From an uncultured Chloroflexia bacterium (GTDB taxonomy: Bacteria > Chloroflexota > Dehalococcoidia > DSTF01 > JALHUB01), in NCBI GenBank assembly GCA_963726245.1, contig CAVSBT010000022.1, positions 1-12,149 of the forward strand: 12,149 bases of DNA, in the 5' to 3' direction. Under the pieces are notes generated by a model. It was not told where the DNA came from, searched no databases, and saw only the letters and a program-made list of their open reading frames with translations. A program made the translations under genes and the position numbers. Shown here piece after piece: positions 1-7,055 of this stretch (the stretch's first letter is position 1; every line of letters starts with the position of its first letter).

Positions 1-1
1 A

Positions 2-21
2 CCTGCCTGCCGGCAGGCAGG
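2..21. repeat. Perfect 20-bp palindrome CCTGCCTGCCGGCAGGCAGG (REP-like)
   Basis: Self-complementary sequence read directly at the window start; intergenic position. Confidence 0.7.
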
Positions 22-34
22 CCCGCGACCCTCC

Positions 35-177
35 GCTTGGGAAGAACTGGGTGGGTGCGAGCATCCTCCCGTTCGGCTCTGCTTTGTTAGCCCTTCACAT
101 TCTAAGCCCGCAGGATCACTTCAGGCAAATCACGGGTCCTTCGGAGACAAGTCGCTTCTGCTTGGGAAGAATTGGGT
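35..177 (+). repeat. 18-bp direct repeat pair GCTTGGGAAGAA(C/T)TGGGT at 35-52 and 160-177
   Basis: 17/18 identity, copies start 125 bp apart. Confidence 0.7.
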
Positions 178-212
178 AAGGGGTCCCGGCGCCGTGCCCG
201 GGTGTCGGCTGA

Positions 213-758
213 TTACTTGATTCCAATGAGCTTCATCATTTCCCTATTAAACGCAGCTAAATCCATTGGCCAGCGAGAGGTTACTAGATTACCGTCAACT
301 ACAACTTCCTTGTCCTCGTATATACCACCTGCTCCTTCGATACCTTCAGGAACGTTATCATGCCAATAGGAAGTCAGATGCCTCCCTCTGACAACATCTG
401 CTGCAACAAGCGTGTATGGACCATGGCAAATCGAAGCAACTGGTTTGTTCTCTGCAAAGAAGTCCTTTGTTATCTCTACTGCTTTTGGGTGTTTACTTAC
501 AGTAAGTGGAGCACCATCTGGAAATCCACCTGGAATAATGAGTAAATCGTAATCATCAGGATTCACTTCATCAATAGTAAGGTCTGGCATCAGCGAATAA
601 CCATTTTCACCATGTATTTCTTCCTTTCTTGGTGCAGCCACATCTACTTTGACTCCTGCTTCCATAAGCCGAAAGATTGGAACATACACTTCCATGTCCT
701 CAAATTTATCTGCTGTTAAGACAACTGCCCGTTTACCTTTACTTTCACCCTTTGTCAT
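213..758 (-). CDS. pfpI: PfpI/DJ-1 family (class I glutamine amidotransferase-like) intracellular protease/deglycase
   Basis: 181 aa with FEDME, YDLLIIPGG, ASICHGP nucleophile elbow and VVVDGNLVTSR; AAGGAGGT RBS upstream of the ATG. Confidence 0.93.
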   Translation of the reverse strand: MTKGESKGKRAVVLTADKFEDMEVYVPIFRLMEAGVKVDVAAPRKEEIHGENGYSLMPDLTIDEVNPDDYDLLIIPGGFPDGAPLTVSKHPKAVEITKDFFAENKPVASICHGPYTLVAADVVRGRHLTSYWHDNVPEGIEGAGGIYEDKEVVVDGNLVTSRWPMDLAAFNREMMKLIGIK

Positions 759-779
759 ATTTTTACCTCCTTTACCATC

Positions 780-788
780 AGTATACCA
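780..788 (-). promoter_or_regulatory. Candidate extended -10 promoter (TGgTATACT) for pfpI
   Basis: Minus strand reads TGGTATACT just upstream of the RBS; no good -35 at 17 bp spacing. Confidence 0.45.
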
Positions 789-810
789 GGAGTTCTGCCA
801 TCCCTGACCC

Positions 811-1014
811 TCTGTGGGGTGCTAGTACTCCATGCCGTATGGTGAGAGCGGCGAGTCGCAAACCAGGACCGCCGAATGCCGGCAAAGGAGCGCAAACCCT
901 CTGCCTGGCAAGCAGAGGGTCGGCTGGCTGGGGTTCGGTGGTCCGCGCTGCTCGGCACCGACAGGGGCGATTCAGAGTGTGATCCCGTCAGATACGAGTT
1001 TTGCCACCGCACAA
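811..1014. repeat. Inverted-repeat-bounded element, copy A (MITE/REPIN-like)
   Basis: Left arm CTGTGGGGTGCTAGTACTCCATGCCGTAT; degenerate right arm CAGATACG-----AGTTTTGCCACCGCACA (989-1013, about 5 bp deleted); interior shares 844-906 with copy C and 901-996 with copy D. Confidence 0.8.
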
Positions 1015-1172
1015 CCTGTGGGGTGCCAATATTGCATCCGTCTCTGCGCACGTGAAGCAGCCACCCACTCGTAATTGTGGAACCGGCTTGCCGCATCGTG
1101 TAGAGGACATATCTCCGAGGCAGAGGGTTGGGGAGCCTTCCAGATACGTATGGAGTGTTGCCTCCCCACAGG
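1015..1172. repeat. Inverted-repeat-bounded element, copy B
   Basis: Arms 1015-1046 and 1141-1172 match 25/32 as inverted repeats; abuts copy A directly. Confidence 0.88.
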
Positions 1173-1204
1173 TCGCATCTTGGGTCCACACAACCTGGAT
1201 TGCC

Positions 1205-1233
1205 TTGGCAGCCGGAAACTCGAGTGCTATGAT
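1205..1233 (+). promoter_or_regulatory. Sigma70-type promoter for the GYD gene
   Basis: TTGGCA (1205-1210), 17-bp spacer, TATGAT (1228-1233) with extended TG at 1225-1226. Confidence 0.6.
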
Positions 1234-1277
1234 CGGGGCAGGAGACAGGCACGATTCTGGCTACAAGGAGGTGGGCC

Positions 1278-1568
1278 GTGGCTACCTACATAGCGCTATA
1301 CCGCTTCACCGAGCAAGGACGCAAGAACGTTTGGCGCACTGTCGAACGGGCCGAAGAAGTGCGCAAGTACAACGAGGGGCGCGGGTTCAAAGTCATTGGC
1401 ATGTACTGGACCCAGGGTCGTTACGATCTGATAGCCATCGTAGATGCACCCACCGAAGAGGCCATGGTGACAGGCCTGTTCAACATCGCCCAGGCGGGCA
1501 ACGTCACGAGCGAGACGCTGCGTGCCTTCACGGCGGAAGAGATGCAGAATATGATGGCCAAAGCCTAG
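1278..1568 (+). CDS. GYD domain-containing protein
   Basis: 96 aa; MATYIALYRFTEQG start, YWTQGRYD motif, GNVTSETLRAF end; GTG start after AAGGAGGT (1265-1272). Confidence 0.92.
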   Translation: MATYIALYRFTEQGRKNVWRTVERAEEVRKYNEGRGFKVIGMYWTQGRYDLIAIVDAPTEEAMVTGLFNIAQAGNVTSETLRAFTAEEMQNMMAKA

Positions 1569-1624
1569 TAGAAGTCGCTGCCGCGTCCCCAGGTGATGCG
1601 CCTTCATGTGGAGCTGAGCGCTCG

Positions 1625-1813
1625 CCTGTGGGGTGTCAATACTCCATCCGTGACTGGGAGAGCGGCGAGTGGCAAACCAGGACCGCCGAGTGCCGGCAGA
1701 GGAGCGCAAACCCTCTGCCTATCACGCAGACGGTTGACGGCGCTATCGTCGCCTCAGGGCTGGCCCAGATAGGGTCAAGCCCAGATACGGATGGGGTTCT
1801 GGCACCCCACAGC
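1625..1813. repeat. Inverted-repeat-bounded element, copy C
   Basis: Arms 1625-1656 and 1782-1813 match 25/32 as inverted repeats; 1658-1720 is nearly identical to 844-906 of copy A. Confidence 0.88.
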
Positions 1814-1884
1814 CTTCCCATGACTTCCGAGGAGCCAGGCACTTCTACGCGAACGACCACGACGGGCAGGCGCGAGGAGTTCTG

Positions 1885-3882
1885 ATGCCCCTAGCGCGGT
1901 ACAATCGGGGCGAGATGAGAGGGGTATCGACGGAGGCCGAGGCCCGCCGGCTGCTGGGGGGTCGCTGCTTTGAGACGCTGCGCCTCCTGGCGGCGGCCAT
2001 CATCCCCTCCGGCGGGGCGTTCCCGCTCGGTGCCGAGGACGCGGAGGTGGCGGTCCGGGTCGCGGCGGTTGCCGAGATGGGGCGCGCAGCGCGGCTGGGG
2101 CTGCGAGCAGCCCTGGCGGTGTGGGAGGCAGGCCCGCTGCTGTCGCCCCACCGCCGTCGGTTCAGCCGGCTCCCGCCTGACGACCGCCTCGCCTACACCG
2201 AGCGGGCCGCGACCTCGCGCCTGCCGTGGCGGAGCGGCGTCGTGTCGATGGTGAAGGCGCTCTGCCTGATGTCGTTCGCCTCTCACCCATCGGTGACGGG
2301 GGCGCTCGGCTTCCCGGGCCGGTGCCTCGACGAGGCAGCGCCGGACGAAGGGCCTCGCCTGAGCCCACTGGCCTACCCCGATATTCGCGGGAACGTCGCC
2401 GTGAAGGCAGACGTCTGCGTCGTTGGCTCCGGGGCGGGTGGTGCTGTGGTGGCGGCCGAGCTGGCGGAGCGAGGGCTGTCGGTGGTGATCGTCGAGGAGG
2501 GCGGGTACTTCACCCGAGACGATTTCGAGGGACCCCTCTACGACCGGGTACGGCTGATGTATCGTGATGGGGGATTGACCGCCGCCCTTGGGCCAGCTCC
2601 TTTGCCCATCCCCCTGGGGATGGCGGTCGGCGGGACGACCGTCGTCAACTCCGGCACCTGCCTCCGCACCCCCGACCGAGTGCTTCGGGACTGGGGGTCA
2701 CGATGGGGGATCGAGGGCATCAATCCGCCGTCGATGGCGCCGGTCTTCGAGCGGATCGAGCGAGCGCTCGGCGTGCGACCGGTGCCGGAGCAGCTGCTGG
2801 GCAACAACGCCCGCGTCTTTCGCCGGGGGGCGGATGCGCTCGGGTATCACGGCGAGCCGATCCGCCGGGCCATCAAGAACTGCCGGGGGTGTGGCGTCTG
2901 CACGTTCGGATGTCCGAGCGATGCGAAGCAGGCCATGCACCTGTCATACCTTCCAAGGGCGGAGGCGGCTGGGGCGGTTATCTACTCGCGCTGCCGGGTC
3001 CGGCGCATCCTTCAGAGCGACGGCAGGGCCTCGGGCGTGGAGGCGGAGATCCTGGGCGGCAGGAACAGCGTGGAGGGCGGGAGCCTGCGGGTTAAGGCGG
3101 AGATCGTCGTGCTTGCCGCGGGGGCGATTCACACGCCATTGCTGCTCATGGCCAGCGGGCTCGCGGAACGTCGGGGGCCGGTCGGGCGGCACCTGCGGAT
3201 ACACCCGGCCATCTCTGTCTCCGCTCTGTTCGATGAGGACGTGTACGCCTGGAAGGGAACGCTCCAGTCGTTTGTGGTAGATCAGTTTCAGGAGAGCCAC
3301 GGCCTGCTGTTCGAGGTGACGTCGCTGCTGCCCGGCCTGACGACGTCGCTCCTGCCCGGGGTGGGCAGATCGGCCAAGGACATGATCGCCAACTATCACC
3401 GGATGGCCTCGACGGGGCTCTTCACGGCTGACTCATCCGAGGGGCGGGTGATGCGTCTGCCCGGAGGCCGGCCGCTCACGACCTACCGGCTGAATCGGGA
3501 GGACACCGCGAAGCTGGCGTTCGGTGCCGCCGTGGCGGGAAAAGTGTTCTTCGCCGCCGGGGCGCGCACAGTGTACACGGGGCTGCCCGGCTTTCGGGAA
3601 GTGACCGTTCCCACCGATCTAGACGAGATCCCTCGCCAGCGGTGGGGAGCCGGCTCCTTCATGGTCGTGGGGTTCCACCCGATGGGCACAGCCAGGATGG
3701 GGCGGTATCCGGAGGCCTGCGCGGTGCGGCCCTCGGGCGAGGCCTACGCGCTGCCCGGCCTCTTCGTGGCAGACGCCTCGATCCTGCCGTCCTGCGTTGG
3801 CGTGAACCCACAGATCACGATCATGGCGATGGCGACCCGCATCGCGGGCGAGATCGCCCGGCAGCTCGGGGGCGAACGATGA
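1885..3882 (+). CDS. GMC family FAD oxidoreductase, long-chain-alcohol oxidase-like
   Basis: DVCVVGSGAGG FAD motif, GGTTVVNSG, CRGCGVCTFGC, FHPMGTARMG, VNPQITIMAMA. GAGGAG precedes ATG 1885; ATG 1915 is an alternative start. Confidence 0.92.
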   Translation: MPLARYNRGEMRGVSTEAEARRLLGGRCFETLRLLAAAIIPSGGAFPLGAEDAEVAVRVAAVAEMGRAARLGLRAALAVWEAGPLLSPHRRRFSRLPPDDRLAYTERAATSRLPWRSGVVSMVKALCLMSFASHPSVTGALGFPGRCLDEAAPDEGPRLSPLAYPDIRGNVAVKADVCVVGSGAGGAVVAAELAERGLSVVIVEEGGYFTRDDFEGPLYDRVRLMYRDGGLTAALGPAPLPIPLGMAVGGTTVVNSGTCLRTPDRVLRDWGSRWGIEGINPPSMAPVFERIERALGVRPVPEQLLGNNARVFRRGADALGYHGEPIRRAIKNCRGCGVCTFGCPSDAKQAMHLSYLPRAEAAGAVIYSRCRVRRILQSDGRASGVEAEILGGRNSVEGGSLRVKAEIVVLAAGAIHTPLLLMASGLAERRGPVGRHLRIHPAISVSALFDEDVYAWKGTLQSFVVDQFQESHGLLFEVTSLLPGLTTSLLPGVGRSAKDMIANYHRMASTGLFTADSSEGRVMRLPGGRPLTTYRLNREDTAKLAFGAAVAGKVFFAAGARTVYTGLPGFREVTVPTDLDEIPRQRWGAGSFMVVGFHPMGTARMGRYPEACAVRPSGEAYALPGLFVADASILPSCVGVNPQITIMAMATRIAGEIARQLGGER

Positions 3883-4451
3883 CAGCGGGGCCTCCTCTGT
3901 CGTTCCGCGAGATGCTTGAGGGCTTCCTGGGCGAGGGCCCGGACCATGAGTCTGCCTGCGCCGACGGTCGACGGCGGGCGCAGGTGTTCCGCTACCGGGC
4001 GCTGGCGACGATCAACGACTTTGCTGCGTTCGAGGCGGATCCGGACCACCCGGTAGCCCTGGAAGGGACCGTGGACTACGCTCCGCTCGGCCTCGGCCTG
4101 CCGCTGCGTGGCGGCTCGATGAACCTGTTCGTAGACCGGCCGGCGGGAAGGCGGATTCTCTACCACCTGCCGTTTGAGGCGCCGGGCGGCCGCTTCGTGC
4201 TCGTCGGCGAGAAGCGACTGGCGGGCAAGCGGCGGTGGCGGGAGATGACGACGCTGTACGCGGAGCTGTACCACCTGATCGGGCAGGGCGATCCGCTAGG
4301 TGAGCCTGTGGCCCGCGGCATTCTGCGGGTGCCCCTCCGAGTTGCCCTCGCGCTTCCCTTGACTATGAGGTCACCGGGGCGCTCGACCCTTGTAGCGCTG
4401 CGCGCGGCTCTGCGATTCCTGCGGTTCTCGGCGCGATCACTGCGGCGCTAG
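3879..4451 (+). CDS. Hypothetical protein resembling the accessory C-terminal domain of cholesterol-oxidase-like GMC enzymes
   Basis: ATGA overlap with the GMC stop gives a 190-aa protein (ORF-track start 3642 is too far upstream); FREMLEG, LVGEK, WREMTTLY and GILR motifs; family call is from recall. Confidence 0.72.
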   Translation: MTAGPPLSFREMLEGFLGEGPDHESACADGRRRAQVFRYRALATINDFAAFEADPDHPVALEGTVDYAPLGLGLPLRGGSMNLFVDRPAGRRILYHLPFEAPGGRFVLVGEKRLAGKRRWREMTTLYAELYHLIGQGDPLGEPVARGILRVPLRVALALPLTMRSPGRSTLVALRAALRFLRFSARSLRR

Positions 4452-4544
4452 CGGGGGTCGCGGGGCAACGCCGCGGGTGCGATCCCTGGGGTAGAGTCAG
4501 CGCGCCGCGCAGCATGCTCTCGCTGTGTCGCACGCCAGGTTTAG

Positions 4545-4760
4545 CCTGTGGGGTGCCAATACTCCATCCGTATCTGGAGAAGGGTGCGGGTGACATTCTG
4601 CCACCGCAAGGGCGGTGGTAGATCTTCAGAGCATCTGCCTGGCAAGCAGGGGTTGAGGGTCACCTCCCTGGGGATCGGTGGTCCGCGCGCCTCGCCACGC
4701 AGAGGGGCGATTCAGAGCGTGAGCCCCGCAGATGCGGGTGGACTTTCGCTACCCCATAGG
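4545..4760. repeat. Inverted-repeat-bounded element, copy D
   Basis: Left arm 4545-4576 equals the consensus; right arm 4729-4760 matches 24/32; 4635-4736 aligns with 901-996 of copy A; own hairpin at 4597-4622. Confidence 0.88.
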
Positions 4761-4867
4761 CCGCCCATCTGAACCACTGTGATAACATGGCCCGTTGCGA
4801 TGAGGTCGCCATCGGCCACATGCCACCGGGTGGCCTAATCGGAGAAACCGGGAATGAGAGGCTAATC

Positions 4868-6337
4868 ATGGTGCCGTCAAACGGTGAAGAGGGTAGGCTG
4901 TTTCGACAGCGGCTGTCGCGGAGGCGGTTGTTGGCGACGAGCGCTGGCGCCGCCATCGGCGCGGTCGGCGTCGGATTGGCCGCATGCTCCGAGGAAGCCA
5001 AGGATCAAGCGAAAGGGGCCAAGCCGCAAGAGGGCCTCCCCGCTCCCTCCGGCGCATCCACTCCCGCCCCTGTTGCAGAAACGCCGGCGGCGACTCCTGG
5101 CGCTGCGACAGACACACTGATGATGGGCGCTGGCTTCGGCGGCAATCCCGAGGGCATCTCTGAGGTCGCTCCGGGCACGCTTTTCTTCCCGTACTTCGGA
5201 AACGTAATCGCCCTCCTCAACGATGAGGGCATCTTGGTCGTCGATACGTCGCTCGCCGCCAACGGGGTTGAGATCGTCCAGGAGCTGCGGAAACGTACCG
5301 ACTTGCCTATCCGCAGCATAGTCTACACTCACGGCCACATCGACCACGTCACCGGCGTCGACGCCTTCCTCAGCGACGCGGCTGCGCGTGGCGACCCCCG
5401 GCCGTCCATTATCGGTCACAAGCGCATCGCCGACCGCTTCCGGCGCTATGAACGAATGGCTGGTTGGATTCGCTTCATCAACTCCATCCAGTTCGGCGCG
5501 CCCATTGGGCCCGCCGCGCCACCGCCTCCTACGCCGGTGTTCGCTTATCCCGACGTCACATATGACGACCGGACCACGGTCGGGCTCGGAGGCGAGTCCT
5601 TCGAGCTGATACACGGGATAGGCGAGACCGACGATCATACCTGGGTGTGGGCTCCCGACCGCAACCTCGTCTGCACCGGCGACTTCTTTATCTGGGCATG
5701 TCCCAATGTCGGCAACCCCTGGAAGGTCCAGCGCTACGCTGAGGGATGGGCCGACGGCCTGGAGGCGATTGCGGCCCTGCATCCGGCGATGCTCCTCCCT
5801 GGCCACGGCCCCGTTATCCAGGGCGAGGAGGCGGTGCAGACCGCCTGTCTCGATACGGCCCGCTACCTTCGCTCCATTGCGGAGCAGGTCGTCGAGCGGA
5901 TGAACCAGGGACAGTGGCTGGAGCAGATCCTGCGTGAGGTCGAGCCTCCGGCCGATCTGACTCAAAAACCGTACCTACAGCCGGTCTACGGCCATCCCAA
6001 GTTCATCGTTCAAGGCGTCTGGAGGCAATACGGGGGCTGGTACGACGGCAATCCCGCCGATTTCTTCCCGGCGCCGACCGCGGACCAGGCCGCCGAGATC
6101 GTGAGGCTGGCGAGCGCGAGCGCTCTTCTGTCTCGCGCCCGCGACCTGCAGGCGGTGGGCGACCTGGTGCTCGCCTGCCATCTCGTCGAATGGGTGTGCG
6201 AGGCGGAGCCCTCCAACGCCGAGGCCTGGCGTCTTCGGCGCGACCTTTTCCAGGCGCGCAGCGAGCGTGAGGTGAACATGATGTCTCGCAACACCTTCAA
6301 GGGGGCGGCCCAAGAGGCAGAAGAGCATCTGAGCTAA
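4868..6337 (+). CDS. Alkyl/aryl-sulfatase-like metallo-beta-lactamase-fold hydrolase, predicted Tat-exported lipoprotein
   Basis: THGHIDH, GETDDH, GDFF, PNVGNP, PGHG and GWYDGNP motifs; N-terminal SRRRLL, hydrophobic stretch and LAAC lipobox. ATG 4868 follows GAGAGG; ORF-track start 4787 is less likely. Confidence 0.88.
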   Translation: MVPSNGEEGRLFRQRLSRRRLLATSAGAAIGAVGVGLAACSEEAKDQAKGAKPQEGLPAPSGASTPAPVAETPAATPGAATDTLMMGAGFGGNPEGISEVAPGTLFFPYFGNVIALLNDEGILVVDTSLAANGVEIVQELRKRTDLPIRSIVYTHGHIDHVTGVDAFLSDAAARGDPRPSIIGHKRIADRFRRYERMAGWIRFINSIQFGAPIGPAAPPPPTPVFAYPDVTYDDRTTVGLGGESFELIHGIGETDDHTWVWAPDRNLVCTGDFFIWACPNVGNPWKVQRYAEGWADGLEAIAALHPAMLLPGHGPVIQGEEAVQTACLDTARYLRSIAEQVVERMNQGQWLEQILREVEPPADLTQKPYLQPVYGHPKFIVQGVWRQYGGWYDGNPADFFPAPTADQAAEIVRLASASALLSRARDLQAVGDLVLACHLVEWVCEAEPSNAEAWRLRRDLFQARSEREVNMMSRNTFKGAAQEAEEHLS

Positions 6338-6367
6338 AGCGGGCCCGTGTCCCTCTGCCTCTCGCCG

Positions 6368-6940
6368 CTAGCTCGTCATGCCACGCAGCCCCACTAGCGC
6401 CCGCCCGTGCTCGATCTCGCCCATGTGACGGAGACCATGTTGGTAGACGAAGCACTCAAGAACTTCCAGCTTCCGGATTGGGTGCTGCGGACCCACCACG
6501 ATGGCGCAGAAGATGTTCTGCATGTTGGGTGGCAGGGCAGGCATTACCACCTCCGCTAGGGTCGCCTCGGTAACCGTGTCGAGTACGCGGCTTGTCCTTC
6601 CTATCACCTCGGACTGATACGCTACCCAAGCCGAGAAGTCCGCGAAGCGCAACCGCTCCATCTCCTCTACGCTTTCTTCGCGCCCCAGGTAGTCCACTGT
6701 CACACCGACGCGCCTTGCCCATCCCCCGGTCTCCCAGACGGGCCGCTCCCCCAGAAAGACGCCGCTAATCGACTGATCCTGGACTCTAATGCAGTGATTG
6801 AGGCTGAAGGCGATCGGCAGGACGCCGGGACGCTCGTGGTGATTGACGTGGTCCAGCGTCATGTCTGAGACAGCGCGCGTCCACAGCGTGTTCATCGCCC
6901 GGATCCGATTCTTGAGCGAAGCAACGAATATGTCGGACAA
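6368..6940 (-). CDS. DinB/YfiT-like superfamily protein
   Basis: PIAFSLNH and C-terminal HGLRHMGEI metal-binding pattern; TTG start at 6940 follows GGAGGAG (190 aa); ORF-track start 7054 adds a non-protein-like leader. Confidence 0.78.
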   Translation of the reverse strand: MSDIFVASLKNRIRAMNTLWTRAVSDMTLDHVNHHERPGVLPIAFSLNHCIRVQDQSISGVFLGERPVWETGGWARRVGVTVDYLGREESVEEMERLRFADFSAWVAYQSEVIGRTSRVLDTVTEATLAEVVMPALPPNMQNIFCAIVVGPQHPIRKLEVLECFVYQHGLRHMGEIEHGRALVGLRGMTS

Positions 6941-7055
6941 CGGATACTCCTCCCACTCTGCTCTCTCGCGGGCCCGCCATCCTGCCGGGCGCCTGCTGGT
7001 CACCCCAAGGCGGCCGCTCCCCACAACTCCGTCCATTTCATCCGAGGACTCCATA

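Noticed and set aside
811-1813. CRISPR array (repeats about 32 bp)
   Set aside because: Repeats alternate in orientation, spacing is long and irregular, interiors are homologous to each other, and no cas genes are present.
755-1885. ORFs 755-1252(-), 832-1074(+), 1001-1885(+), 1296-1709(-)
   Set aside because: They run through the repeat elements or overlap the GYD gene; shared peptides such as QTRTAECRQRSANPLP only reflect the DNA repeat.
4453-4487. GC-rich stem-loop after the GMC partner gene as a terminator
   Set aside because: Imperfect stem with no U-tract; cannot be supported as an intrinsic terminator.
811-4760. Canonical integron attC sites or Tn7 ends
   Set aside because: No RYYYAAC/GTTRRRY cores and no integrase. 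The TGTGGG start resembles Tn7 ends, but there are no repeated TnsB-type sites or 5-bp TSDs.
6351-6360. CCCTCTGCCT matching the element's central hairpin, between convergent genes
   Set aside because: Only 10 bp, with no partner arm; could be chance.
7017-7025. CCCCACA arm-like end near the edge of the lower-GC block (and GTGGGG at 9061-9066)
   Set aside because: The inner CAGATACG block is missing; the matches are too short.
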